A stretch of 64,000 bases of DNA, taken from Gemmatimonadota bacterium. Its GTDB lineage: Bacteria > Gemmatimonadota > Gemmatimonadetes > Gemmatimonadales > GWC2-71-9. Numbering within the stretch: the first letter of the stretch is position 1; each line of letters begins with the position of its first letter. Below, piece by piece: positions 47,151-57,326 of this stretch. Made by a program: the position numbers and the translations under genes. The notes below the pieces were generated by a model. That model was not told the DNA's origin. It did no database searches and saw nothing but the letters and a program-made list of their open reading frames with translations. The stretch covers positions 1 through 64,000 of the forward strand of contig JBDHDE010000014.1 of assembly GCA_039591655.1 (NCBI GenBank), in the 5' to 3' direction.

Positions 47151-48943
47151 TCGGCTTCCTCCAACCGCTCGCGCTCCTCGGCCTCGTCGCCGTGGCCATT
47201 CCGCCGCTGCTGCACCTCCTGGGCCGGCGGCTTCCGCCAACCGTGATGTTTCCCGCGGTACGCTACCTCACCGCCACGGAGCGGGAGCACAGCCGCCGCC
47301 TCAAGCTGCGCAACCTGCTCCTCCTGATCCTGCGCATGGCGGTCATTCTGTTCGTGGTCCTTGCAGCCGCGCGTCCTGTGGCCCGGGTAGCCTCCGGTAC
47401 GGGGCACCCGGCAACCGCCGTGGCCCTCGTCGTGGACAACTCGCTCTCCGCGGGGGCGGTGGTGCGGGGACGGCGGGTGCTCGACGTCCTGGTGGATCGC
47501 GCGCGGGAGGTGATGCGCCGGGTAGAGTCCGGCGACCGGCTCTGGTTGGTCCTCGGCGACGGCCTCCCACGGCGCGTCGGCCGGGCCGAGGCACTGGAGA
47601 CGTTGGACAGCCTCACGCCGTGGCCGGTGCGGCTGGATGTGACCGAAGCCGTCCGGGTGGCGGCCCGTGTGCTCCGGGACGAGGCGCTGCCGGCGCGGGA
47701 GGTGGTGCTGCTCAGCGACCTGCAGGCCAGTGCCCTCTCGGCTGGCGAGGCCGTCGCCGTACGGGTGCTGGTCTGGCAGCCACCCGAGGTACCGGACAAC
47801 CGGGGCATCGACTCGGCGTATGTGGAGCCTGTGCTCTGGGCGCCCGCGGGAGAGGTGGTGGTCCGCCTCGGCGGCTCTTTCACCGAGCCGGCAGCCCTCC
47901 GGCTGGCCACGGAAGGTCGCGACTTGGCCGGAGCGGTGGCGGGAGCCGGTGACGTTGTGACGCTGGCGGCGACGGTGCCGCTCAGGGGCTGGCTGGCCGC
48001 CCGCGTGGAGCTGGATCCGGATGAGCTGCGCGCGGACGACAGCTGGTGGCTGGCGCTGCGGATCGTCGAGCCCGCTGCGGTGCGCACCGTCGGGGAGGTG
48101 GGACGGTTTGTCGAGGACGCGCTGGACGTGCTGCAGGAGGGCGGCCGCGTGCGGCGGGGAGACGAGGTGTCGCTCGCCGACCGCCCCACTACCGGGATCA
48201 CGATCCTGTTCCCTCCGGCGGACCCGTCGCTGGTGGGCGCCGTTAACCGAGCGCTGGCCGTGCGGGGTGTGGCGTGGCGGGTGGGTGAGATCGTCCAGGG
48301 GGAATGGTCCCTCACCGGTGAGGTTGAGCCGGCCTCCGGCGCCGCCGTCTACCGCCGTCATCGGCTGCTGGGCGACGGCGCCGTTCTGGTGCGGGCCGCC
48401 GGCGAGCCGTGGCTGGTCCGCGCCGGCGATCAGGTGATCGTCGCCAGCCGCATGGAGGAAGCCTGGACCACGTTGCCGGTGCGGGCGGCGTTCATCCCGT
48501 TTCTCGACGTGCTGGTCAATCAGGTTGCCGCCCGGGAGTCGTGGATCGTGCGGGCGGCGCCGGGCGCCACCGCGCGGCTCCCCGCTGCCGCCCGAGCGGT
48601 ACTGCTCCCCGCGGGCGAGGTCACAGTCCCCAGCGACGGGCGTCTGCCGGCGCCCCGGGCGCCGGGGGTCTACTTCCTGCGCGGCCCCCGGGGAGACACC
48701 GTGGGCGCCCTCGAGGTGAACCACGACCGCCGCGAGTCCAGGCTCGAGACGGCCACGGCCAGATCGGTGCGGGCGACCCTGGGAGACCAGGCGCGTCTGC
48801 TGAGCGATCGGGGGATGGACCGCGAGCTGTTCGAAGGGGAACGGCGCGCGGACGTGACGGGGCTGTTGCTCGCGGCGGCCATCGTTGCTGCCCTCGCCGA
48901 GCTCGGCCTGGCGAGCGCCGGCGGCGCCAAACGGGGCACATAG
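47147..48943 (+). CDS. BatA N-terminal domain + vWA-like membrane protein
   Basis: FLQPLALLGL...PPLLHLL, AAARP, VVDNSLSA, LLSDLQ, C-terminal TM. Confidence 0.85.
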   Translation: MIGFLQPLALLGLVAVAIPPLLHLLGRRLPPTVMFPAVRYLTATEREHSRRLKLRNLLLLILRMAVILFVVLAAARPVARVASGTGHPATAVALVVDNSLSAGAVVRGRRVLDVLVDRAREVMRRVESGDRLWLVLGDGLPRRVGRAEALETLDSLTPWPVRLDVTEAVRVAARVLRDEALPAREVVLLSDLQASALSAGEAVAVRVLVWQPPEVPDNRGIDSAYVEPVLWAPAGEVVVRLGGSFTEPAALRLATEGRDLAGAVAGAGDVVTLAATVPLRGWLAARVELDPDELRADDSWWLALRIVEPAAVRTVGEVGRFVEDALDVLQEGGRVRRGDEVSLADRPTTGITILFPPADPSLVGAVNRALAVRGVAWRVGEIVQGEWSLTGEVEPASGAAVYRRHRLLGDGAVLVRAAGEPWLVRAGDQVIVASRMEEAWTTLPVRAAFIPFLDVLVNQVAARESWIVRAAPGATARLPAAARAVLLPAGEVTVPSDGRLPAPRAPGVYFLRGPRGDTVGALEVNHDRRESRLETATARSVRATLGDQARLLSDRGMDRELFEGERRADVTGLLLAAAIVAALAELGLASAGGAKRGT

Positions 48944-51900
48944 TGCTGCCCCGCCTGGTGGAGGTCTTCCGAGGGCTGCCGCGCTACCGCGCGCTGCGCG
49001 ACGCCGTGCCGGGGCGCGGGGGGCGACTCGGCGTAGGTGGGCTTCCCGGCTCCAGCGGCGCCGTGTGCGTGGCAGCACTTGCCAGGGACCACCCGCAGCG
49101 CGTGTTCCTGGTGGTCGCCCCGGACCCGGTGGCAGCCGAGCGCTGGCTTGCCGACCTGGAGGTTCTCCTGGGGGAGTCCGTGCAGCTCTATCCCCAGCGT
49201 GAGGCACTGGGGGAGGAGGAGCCGCACTTCGAGATCGCCGGCGAGCGGGTGGAGACCATTCATGCGGTGCTGGCAGGCCGGGTTCGCGCGGTAATCACGA
49301 CGCTGCCGGCCACCGCCGAGCTCACCCGGATGCCGAGGGCCGTGGCGGCGCACCGGCTCGAGGTGCGCCGGCAGGCTACGCTCGAGCTCTCCGCGCTGTT
49401 GGACCGGCTGGAGGCTATGGGCTATGAGCGTCGCCCATCGGTGCTGGACGTCGCGCAGTTCGCCGTGCGGGGCGGGCTCGTCGACGTGTACGGCTACGGC
49501 ATGGCCGCGCCTACGCGGATCGAGTGGTGGGGCGACGAGCTGGCCTCCATCCGGAGCTTCGATCTCGACACGCAGCGCTCGGACACCGAGGTCGACGCGG
49601 TGACGATCTTGCCAGTGAGTGCCGGCTCGACGGAGGAGGAAGACGCACCGGCGCCGGATGGAGACGGCGAGGCGCGCCAGTCCCTGCTCGACCTGCTGCC
49701 TGCCGATACCCTGCTGGTGATCGATCCCGCGGTGGAGCGGCGCGAGGTTGAGCGGGTGTGGGGCGAGGCCGCGCATCACATCGATGTGGCGCGTCGGCGC
49801 GGTGAGGAAGTCCCCGGCCGCGAGGCCATCCTCGTGGCGCCCGATCGGTGGAGCGTGTCCTGGGAGGGGTTTGCCAAGCTCGAGTTGGGGCGGGAGCCCA
49901 CCGACCACGACTTCTGCCTGGAGCCCGCGCCGTCCATCGATCGTCGCGTGGGACGGCTCGCCCAGGTCGCGCGCAGTGGTCCGACCCTCATCCTGTGTGA
50001 CAACGAAGGCCAGCTCGAGCGCCTGGAGGAGCTGCTGGGGGATGATGGGTCGGGGGGCGCGGCACCGCTGCCCGCCACCCTCACGCTCGCCCTCGGCTCC
50101 CTCGGCGGCGGGTTCGCCATGCCGGATCTGACGGTGCTCACCGACCACGAGGTCTTCCGCCGCGCGCGCCGCATTCGCCGCGCGCGCCGCTACCGTCAGG
50201 CCCTGGCGGCCGCCACCGCCGGCGCTCTCACTCCCGGCGATTTCGTGGTGCACCTCGAGCACGGGATCGGGCTGTACCGCGGCATCGAGACGATCACGGT
50301 GGGTGAAGGCGCGACCATGGAGGTGGCCGTTCTAGAGTACGAGGGCGGCGACCGGCTGAACGTACCACTCTACCGACTGGATCAGCTGGAGCCGTACCGC
50401 TCGGTGGCTGACGGCGAAGACCGTGCGGTCCCCAAGTTGCATCGGTTGGGGGGCAGGCGCTGGCGGCGCCAGCGTGCCAACACCGAGGCCGCGATCCGGC
50501 AAATGGCGGCGGAGCTGCTGGAGCTCTACGCGCGCCGGACGGTAGCCGAGGGCTTCGCCTTCCCACCGGATACCCGGTGGCAGCGTGAGCTGGAGTCGTC
50601 GTTCCTGTACGAGGACACGCCGGATCAGAGGACGGCCACCGAGGAGACCAAGGACGACATGGAGCGATCGCAGCCCATGGATCGACTGATCGTGGGCGAC
50701 GTGGGGTATGGGAAGACGGAGATCGCGGTCCGAGCGGCGTTCAAGGCGGTGCAGGCCGGGAAGCAGGCCGCGGTCCTGGTCCCCACGACCATTCTGGCCG
50801 AGCAGCACGGGCGGACGTTCGCCGAGCGCCTGGCCGACTTCCCCGTCACGGTGGAGGTGCTCTCGCGCTTTCGCACCTCCAAGGAGCAGCGGGCCGCGGT
50901 CGGGCGGCTCACGGCCGGCGCCCTGGATGTCGTGATCGGCACGCATCGCCTGCTCTCGAAGGACGTGACATTCCACGATCTCGGCCTCCTGGTGGTGGAT
51001 GAGGAGCATCGCTTCGGCGTGCGGCACAAGGAGCGACTCAAGGCGCTGCGGCTCGAGGTGGACATCCTCACCCTCACTGCGACGCCGATACCCCGGACGC
51101 TGCACCTTGCGCTCGCGGGCCTGCGCGACCTGACCATGATTGCCACGCCCCCTCGGGACCGCTCGCCGGTGCTCACTTTCATCGAGCCCTGGGACGACGA
51201 GCTCCTGGCCGAGGCCATGGCCCGGGAGCTGGACCGGGGCGGGCAGGTGTTCTTCGTGCACAACCGGATCGAGACGATCGATGCCGTGGCCGCCCGGGTA
51301 GAGCGCCTCGCGCCCCGGGGCCGGGTGGGCGTCGCGCACGGCAAGATGCGAGAGCGGGAGCTCGACCAGGTCATGCGACGGTTCGTGGCGGGAGAGGTGG
51401 ACGTGCTGGTCTCCACCATGATCGTGGAGTCGGGGCTCGACGTTCCGAACGCCAACACCATGATAGTGCACAACGCCCACCAGTTCGGTCTGGCGCAACT
51501 GTATCAGCTGCGGGGCCGCGTGGGGCGCGGGCATCGACGAGCGTTCTGCTATCTCGTGATCCCGGACGTCGTCGATGAGGAGGCGGAGCGGCGCCTCAAG
51601 GTGCTGGAGCACCACACTGAGCTGGGGTCGGGCTACCGCATCGCGCTGCGGGACCTCGAGCTGCGGGGCGCCGGCAACCTGCTGGGCGCCGAGCAGTCCG
51701 GCCACGCACACGCCGTGGGCGTGGATCTCTACCTGCGCTGGCTCGGCGAGACGGTCCGGGCGCTGAAGGGGGACACGGCGCCCACCGATCGGCCGCCGGC
51801 CGACGTGACGCTGGATGGACCCACACACCTACCCGATGCGTACATACCAGATGAGGATGCTAAGCTCGACATCTACCGCCGCCTGGCGCGGGCCGAGGAT

Positions 51901-52236
51901 GTGGGCGAGATTGCGGCGATACGTGAGGAGCTGCGCGACCGCTTTGGGCCGCTACCGCCCGAGGGGGATCGCCTGTTGGTCGCCACGGAACTCCGCGCGC
52001 TCGGTGCCCGGCTGGGAGTGCAGTCGATCCTGGTACGAGGCGACGACGCGCGGATCAAGTTTCGGGTGGATGCGGCACCAAGACTGCTGCGGCTGAACGC
52101 CGCCCTCGAGGATGTGCAGTTCGCTGCCGAGGTCCGGCAGACGGTGCCGTTGGCAATGAGACTACGCCGCCTCGGTGGGATGGCCATGGGTCCTGGCCTT
52201 GCGCGGGCACTGGCCGCCGCCTTCGGCGAGGAGTGA
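48943..52236 (+). CDS. mfd: Transcription-repair coupling factor
   Basis: VVHLEHGIG, GDVGYGKTE, DEEHRFG, TATPIPRT, QLRGRVGR, TRCF domain. Confidence 0.96.
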   Translation: MLPRLVEVFRGLPRYRALRDAVPGRGGRLGVGGLPGSSGAVCVAALARDHPQRVFLVVAPDPVAAERWLADLEVLLGESVQLYPQREALGEEEPHFEIAGERVETIHAVLAGRVRAVITTLPATAELTRMPRAVAAHRLEVRRQATLELSALLDRLEAMGYERRPSVLDVAQFAVRGGLVDVYGYGMAAPTRIEWWGDELASIRSFDLDTQRSDTEVDAVTILPVSAGSTEEEDAPAPDGDGEARQSLLDLLPADTLLVIDPAVERREVERVWGEAAHHIDVARRRGEEVPGREAILVAPDRWSVSWEGFAKLELGREPTDHDFCLEPAPSIDRRVGRLAQVARSGPTLILCDNEGQLERLEELLGDDGSGGAAPLPATLTLALGSLGGGFAMPDLTVLTDHEVFRRARRIRRARRYRQALAAATAGALTPGDFVVHLEHGIGLYRGIETITVGEGATMEVAVLEYEGGDRLNVPLYRLDQLEPYRSVADGEDRAVPKLHRLGGRRWRRQRANTEAAIRQMAAELLELYARRTVAEGFAFPPDTRWQRELESSFLYEDTPDQRTATEETKDDMERSQPMDRLIVGDVGYGKTEIAVRAAFKAVQAGKQAAVLVPTTILAEQHGRTFAERLADFPVTVEVLSRFRTSKEQRAAVGRLTAGALDVVIGTHRLLSKDVTFHDLGLLVVDEEHRFGVRHKERLKALRLEVDILTLTATPIPRTLHLALAGLRDLTMIATPPRDRSPVLTFIEPWDDELLAEAMARELDRGGQVFFVHNRIETIDAVAARVERLAPRGRVGVAHGKMRERELDQVMRRFVAGEVDVLVSTMIVESGLDVPNANTMIVHNAHQFGLAQLYQLRGRVGRGHRRAFCYLVIPDVVDEEAERRLKVLEHHTELGSGYRIALRDLELRGAGNLLGAEQSGHAHAVGVDLYLRWLGETVRALKGDTAPTDRPPADVTLDGPTHLPDAYIPDEDAKLDIYRRLARAEDVGEIAAIREELRDRFGPLPPEGDRLLVATELRALGARLGVQSILVRGDDARIKFRVDAAPRLLRLNAALEDVQFAAEVRQTVPLAMRLRRLGGMAMGPGLARALAAAFGEE

Positions 52237-53666
52237 CTGTGATGAAGAGGAACGAGACTGCGATTGGCTTGGCCGCGCTGTGCGCGCTGGCGCTGGCGGG
52301 GTGTGGAGACGCCTTCAGCGGCAGCGTGGATGTGGCCGCCCACGCGGACGGGCACCAGTTGGAGGTGGTGCGGCTGGCGGGTTGGCTCGCCGATGTCGAC
52401 CGTTTCCCCATCGATCGGGACCTGGCCGAGAGGGCAGCTCATCGTTGGGTGGAGTTCACGCTGTTCGCGGAGCGAGTGGCCGCGGGCGACTCGATGCTGG
52501 GGCGGGATGCCGTCCTCCAGGGAATGTGGCCCGCCGTATACCAGGAGCTAGTGGATATCTACCATGAGGAGCTGATCGAGCAGCGGCTGGGGCTGGATTC
52601 GGTGGCTCTCGACAGCGCCTACGTCGCCGGTGAGCAACGCCTCATCGACCACATCCTGATCCGCACGACTCCCACTATGTCCCCGCCGGAGAAGACCGCA
52701 GCGCGGGAGCGCGCTGTTGCGATCCGCACGGACCTGATGGGAGGGGGATCCTGGCAGGAGGCCAATGAGCAGAACGAGGATCCGGGCGCGCGCGAGCGGG
52801 GGGGGAGCCTCGGGGTGATCGTGCGCGGGCAGACGGTTGCCGCCTTCGAGGGGGTCGCGTACGCCCTGGAACCTGGAGAGATCTCGGAGGTCACCGAGAC
52901 GCCCTTCGGATACCACGTCATCCGGCGGCCTCCCCTGGACGAGGTGCGGGACCAGTATCGCATCGCAGTCGAGGACATCATGGTCGAGCAGATGGACACG
53001 ATGTTCCTCGGCGAGCTGGTGGAGGAGTGGCGGATCGACGTGCGCGGGGGCGCTCCAGCGGCGATGCGGGAGGCGGCGGAGGCGCCGTTCCGCGCGTTCG
53101 GATCGGATCGGGTGCTCGGCACCTACCGCGGCGGGCGATTTACCGTCGCCGATTTCGTGCGCTGGATGCAGGCGCTTCCCCCGCAGATGTTCTCGCAGAT
53201 CGGCGTGGCCGGGGACAGCCAGCTCCTCGAGCTCGCTAGCTCGCTCATTCGCAACGAGGTGCTGGTGAAGCAGGCCGAGGAGGCGGGGACCGAGCTTCCC
53301 GAGGAGAGCTTCCAGGAGTACAAGGAGCAGCTCCGTCAGGAGGTGGGCAACGTGCAGCAAGCGCTGCGACTCGACTCGGCGCTAGCGGAGGCTGGCAGCG
53401 AGGACGAGCGGCGCCAGGTTGTGGAGGCGGCGGTCGAGGCGTACCTGATGGGGCTCATGTCGACGCGACAGCCGACTGGCGTGGTCGTGCCCGCGTTTCT
53501 GGCCGACTGGCTCAGGGCCGAATCCCGCTGGGGCGTCTCCTCACCGGGGATGGATCGGGTCGTCGAGATGGCACAGCGGACCCGGATGGAGCGAAGCATC
53601 CCGGCGCCTGACGACCGTGGCGCGACGGCGGAGGCGGACACGGGGGGTGCGGGGGATGATCGCTAA
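52233..53666 (+). CDS. Parvulin-type PPIase lipoprotein
   Basis: Lipobox LAGC, HILI, GGSLG, ETPFGYHVI. Confidence 0.85.
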   Translation: MTVMKRNETAIGLAALCALALAGCGDAFSGSVDVAAHADGHQLEVVRLAGWLADVDRFPIDRDLAERAAHRWVEFTLFAERVAAGDSMLGRDAVLQGMWPAVYQELVDIYHEELIEQRLGLDSVALDSAYVAGEQRLIDHILIRTTPTMSPPEKTAARERAVAIRTDLMGGGSWQEANEQNEDPGARERGGSLGVIVRGQTVAAFEGVAYALEPGEISEVTETPFGYHVIRRPPLDEVRDQYRIAVEDIMVEQMDTMFLGELVEEWRIDVRGGAPAAMREAAEAPFRAFGSDRVLGTYRGGRFTVADFVRWMQALPPQMFSQIGVAGDSQLLELASSLIRNEVLVKQAEEAGTELPEESFQEYKEQLRQEVGNVQQALRLDSALAEAGSEDERRQVVEAAVEAYLMGLMSTRQPTGVVVPAFLADWLRAESRWGVSSPGMDRVVEMAQRTRMERSIPAPDDRGATAEADTGGAGDDR

Positions 53667-54975
53667 GACGGCGCTGTGCGCCCTCGTCCTGCTGCCGGCG
53701 CTCGCGGCGCCGGCGGGGGCTCAGGACACGACGTTCGTTCTGGTGGACCGCATCGCCGCCGTCGTAGGGGGCAGTGCCATTCCCTACTCGCGCGTGGAGG
53801 AGGAGCTCAACGTCTTTCGGCAGCAGGGCGGCGAGCTGCCCGAGGATGAGGCCGGGCTGCAGGAGATCCGGTTCGAGATCCTGCGCCAACTCATCGATCA
53901 GGAGCTCCTGGTCCAGGCGGCCTTCCGGGACACCACTGTCCGGGTGAACGAGCAGGCTGTGCAGCAGGAAGTAGAGCGGGCCGTCCGGGAGATCCGCGGC
54001 CAGTTCGGCTCTGAGCTGGAGTTCGCGCAGCAGCTTCGGGTCGCGGGCTTCGGCTCGCCGGAAGAGTATCGCCGGTGGTTCTCCGAGCAGACCCGGCGCG
54101 ACATGATGCGCCGTACTTACCTACAGCAGCTCCGCGAGCGAGGTGAGCTGGTGCCGTTGGCACCCACGGAGGTGGAGCTGCGGCAGTTCTACGAGCTCAC
54201 CAAGCCGCAGCAACCCCCGCGGCCCGCCACCGTCTCGTTCCGCCAGGTGGTGGTCCGCTCTGAAGGCGACAGCGCAGCCATCGCGAGGGCGCGCGCCCTC
54301 GCCGACAGCCTGGTGGCCCTGCTGCGGGAGGGGGCCGACTTCGGGCAGCTCGCGCGGCGGTACTCATCCGATCCCGGCTCCAAGGACCAGGGTGGGGATC
54401 TGGGCTGGGTGCGGCGCGGGAGGTTGGTGCCCGAGTTCGACCGGGTGGCGTTCCGGATCCAGCCGGGCGAGATCTCCGATCCGGTCAGTTCGGTGTTCGG
54501 CTTCCACATCATCCAGGTCGAGCGGCGGCAGCCCACCGAGGTCATGGTGCGGCACATCCTCCTGACGCCGGATATGACCGACGCCGATCGGGAGCGCGCC
54601 CTTCGGACCGCGGAGGAGATTGCCGAGGCGTTGCGGCGCGGCGCCAACTTCGACTCGCTGGCGGGCCTGCATCACGACCAGGCGGGTCAGGAGCAGGACT
54701 TGATCGAGGACTTCCCGGCGGAAGAGCTGCCACCTGAGTATCGCGGCGTGCTGGACAGTGCAGCCGTCGGTGAGCCGGTGGGACCGATAGTACTCGATCG
54801 GGGAGATCAACGCCCCAAGTATGCCGTGGTCATCGTCGATGAGCGCCGGCCCGAGGGCGAGTACAGCTTCGAGGATCTGCGCGATCAGCTGCGGACTCGG
54901 CTCTCGGAGCAGTCTGCCATGGAGCGGCTGCTCCAGAAGCTGCGCGACGCAACCTACATCGAAGTCCGCATGTAG
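53656..54975 (+). CDS. surA: SurA-like periplasmic chaperone/PPIase
   Basis: VDRIAAVVG, GGDLGW, FGFHII, ATYIEVR; lies upstream of pdxA. Confidence 0.85.
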   Translation: MIAKTALCALVLLPALAAPAGAQDTTFVLVDRIAAVVGGSAIPYSRVEEELNVFRQQGGELPEDEAGLQEIRFEILRQLIDQELLVQAAFRDTTVRVNEQAVQQEVERAVREIRGQFGSELEFAQQLRVAGFGSPEEYRRWFSEQTRRDMMRRTYLQQLRERGELVPLAPTEVELRQFYELTKPQQPPRPATVSFRQVVVRSEGDSAAIARARALADSLVALLREGADFGQLARRYSSDPGSKDQGGDLGWVRRGRLVPEFDRVAFRIQPGEISDPVSSVFGFHIIQVERRQPTEVMVRHILLTPDMTDADRERALRTAEEIAEALRRGANFDSLAGLHHDQAGQEQDLIEDFPAEELPPEYRGVLDSAAVGEPVGPIVLDRGDQRPKYAVVIVDERRPEGEYSFEDLRDQLRTRLSEQSAMERLLQKLRDATYIEVRM

Positions 54976-54983
54976 CGACTCCA

Positions 54984-55904
54984 ATGGGTCCACGCATCGC
55001 CATCACCTTGGGAGACCCGCGGGGCGTCGGGCCGGAGGTGGTGGCCCGGACGCTGGACGATCCACCCGCCGACGCAGAGTACGTAGTCATCGGACCGGAC
55101 GAGCTGGTCGAGGCCCTTCCGGCGGAGCGGATCGGCATCGGGGCTATAGGGAAGAGGGAAGGGCGAGCGCGGAAGGGACCACCCCATCTCACACTTCCCC
55201 CAGAGGTCGCCGGCCGCCTAGCCGGACTGGCGGTGGAGAAGGCTGCCGAACTCGCGATGCACGGGGAAGTCGCTGCCATCGTCACCGCCCCGGCCGAGAA
55301 GCGGGCTCTCCATGTCGCCGGGTACGCGTATCCGGGTCACACGGAGTGGCTCGCGGATCTCGCCGGCGGCGTGGACGTGGCGATGATGCTGGCGGCAGGC
55401 GGTCTCCGGGTCGTCCTCATTACCACTCACCTTCCCCTCTCTCAGGTGCCTGCCGCGGTCACCATCGAGCGGGTGCTGAAGACGGGGAACATCACCCGCT
55501 GTGCGCTGGAGTCCTGGTGGGGGATCGAGGATCCCCGTCTCGCCGTCTGCGCCCTCAATCCGCATGCTGGGGAGGGAGGGCTGTTCGGTGAGGAGGACGA
55601 GGCCGTGCTGGAGCCGGCGGCGCGGGAGCTGAACGCCGCCGGGCCGCTCCCCGCCGACACCGTATTCGTCCGAGCACTGCGCGGAGAATTCGACGCGGTG
55701 CTGACGCCATACCACGATGTGGGGATGACGGCGGTGAAGATGGCGGGCTTCGGACGGGGGGTGAACATCACGCTCGGGCTGCCGTTCATCCGCACCTCGC
55801 CCGACCACGGGACCGCGCTGGACATCGCGGGGCAGGGGATTGCCGACGCGGGCTCGATGCGGGAGGCCGTCGCCCTGGCCGCACGGCTGGCCGCTGGAGG
55901 ATAG
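54984..55904 (+). CDS. pdxA: 4-hydroxythreonine-4-phosphate dehydrogenase
   Basis: ITLGDPRGVGPE, GHTEW, LNPHAGE, YHD, RTSPDHGTA. Confidence 0.93.
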   Translation: MGPRIAITLGDPRGVGPEVVARTLDDPPADAEYVVIGPDELVEALPAERIGIGAIGKREGRARKGPPHLTLPPEVAGRLAGLAVEKAAELAMHGEVAAIVTAPAEKRALHVAGYAYPGHTEWLADLAGGVDVAMMLAAGGLRVVLITTHLPLSQVPAAVTIERVLKTGNITRCALESWWGIEDPRLAVCALNPHAGEGGLFGEEDEAVLEPAARELNAAGPLPADTVFVRALRGEFDAVLTPYHDVGMTAVKMAGFGRGVNITLGLPFIRTSPDHGTALDIAGQGIADAGSMREAVALAARLAAGG

Positions 55905-55921
55905 CGCTAGGCCCGGCCCCC

Positions 55922-57265
55922 CTAGGCCTCCGGTGTATCCTCCGCCTGCTTCTCCTTCTCCTTCACCATCTCGAGCTTGCCCACTCGCCGGCCGTCCATC
56001 TCCAGCACCTCGAACCGGGCGCCGGGGACTGTCACCCGATCGCCTTCCCGCGGCAGCCTCCCGAGCCGTCCGAACACGTAGCCACCGATGGTGAGATAGT
56101 CCTCGTCGCCGAGCTCGAGCCCGTACGCATCGTTCACGTCCTCGATCTCCATGTCCCCCGGCATGGTGACGGCGTTACCGGCCACCTGGGGTGCCGGCTC
56201 CGCCCGGTCGTACTCGTCGTAGATCTCCCCGACGATCTCCTCGAGAAGGTCTTCCATGGTGACGATGCCGTCCGTCCCGCCGTACTCGTCCAGGACCACC
56301 GCCATCTGCGTCTTGCTGCGCTTCATGTCGGCCAGGACGTCCTCCACCTCCCGGGCGCCGGGGACGAACATGGGCTGGCGGAGGATGGAGGTGATGGCCT
56401 CCTCGTGGCGCTCGGGCAGTGAAGCCAGGATCTGCTTGACGTGCACGATCCCCACGACGTCGTCGAGCGATTCGCTGTAGACGGGATAGCGTGAGCGCCC
56501 CACCTGCCCGATACGCTCCGCGGCCTCGCCGATGGTGAGCTCGCTGGGTAGGGCGACCACCTCGGTGCGCGGGGTCATCACGTCGCGCGCGTTCTTCTCG
56601 GTGAACTCGAAGACACCCTTGATCATCTCGACGTCCTCGGAGTCGAGGTGCCCCGACTTCTCGCTCTGCCGCAGGATCATCAGGATCTCCTGCGGCGAGT
56701 GCACGGCTTCGAGCGCATCCGCCGTGGCCTTGAGGCCCAGCAGCCGCAGTATTTGGTTCGCGCTCCAGTTGAGCGCGTTGGTGACGGGGCGGGTGATCCA
56801 GGAGAAGAACATGAGAGGGCGGGCGATCCACCGGGCAGTTGGCTCGGGGAACGTGATGGCCCAGTTCTTGGGGGCCAGCTCGCCCACAACCACGTGCAGG
56901 AAGGAGACGACCGACACCGCGACGACCGAGGCCACCGCAGCGCGCCCCAGGAAGGAGAGGGCCGCCGGCAGCCGCTGGGCCCAGTCGTGGAACAGCACCG
57001 CAACGGTGTCCTCGGCGACGTAGCCCAGGAGAATCGATGCCAGGGTGATGCCGAGCTGACAGGTCGAAAGCTGCCGCTGGAGGTCTTGCTGCGCCGCCTT
57101 GACCGCCTTAGCCTTCCGGTCTCCGCTGCGGATCAGCGCCTCGACGCGGGAACGGCGTGATGCGACGAGGGCGAATTCCGCCGCGACGAAGAAGCCGTTG
57201 GCCGCCACGAGCAGCAGCACCGCGGCGGCGCGCCAGAGAAGGGATGCTAGGGAGATTTCTTCCAT
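55922..57265 (-). CDS. HlyC/CorC (CNNM-CBS-CorC) family transporter
   Basis: NGFFVAAEFA, QLGIT, GELAPK, MTPR, VLDEYGG, EDLLEEIVGEI. Confidence 0.93.
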   Translation of the reverse strand: MEEISLASLLWRAAAVLLLVAANGFFVAAEFALVASRRSRVEALIRSGDRKAKAVKAAQQDLQRQLSTCQLGITLASILLGYVAEDTVAVLFHDWAQRLPAALSFLGRAAVASVVAVSVVSFLHVVVGELAPKNWAITFPEPTARWIARPLMFFSWITRPVTNALNWSANQILRLLGLKATADALEAVHSPQEILMILRQSEKSGHLDSEDVEMIKGVFEFTEKNARDVMTPRTEVVALPSELTIGEAAERIGQVGRSRYPVYSESLDDVVGIVHVKQILASLPERHEEAITSILRQPMFVPGAREVEDVLADMKRSKTQMAVVLDEYGGTDGIVTMEDLLEEIVGEIYDEYDRAEPAPQVAGNAVTMPGDMEIEDVNDAYGLELGDEDYLTIGGYVFGRLGRLPREGDRVTVPGARFEVLEMDGRRVGKLEMVKEKEKQAEDTPEA

Positions 57266-57326
57266 GTGGCCCGCTGATGAATAAGCTAAGCCGATCCGCC
57301 GGACGCGCACAACGGCGCGACCGGAC

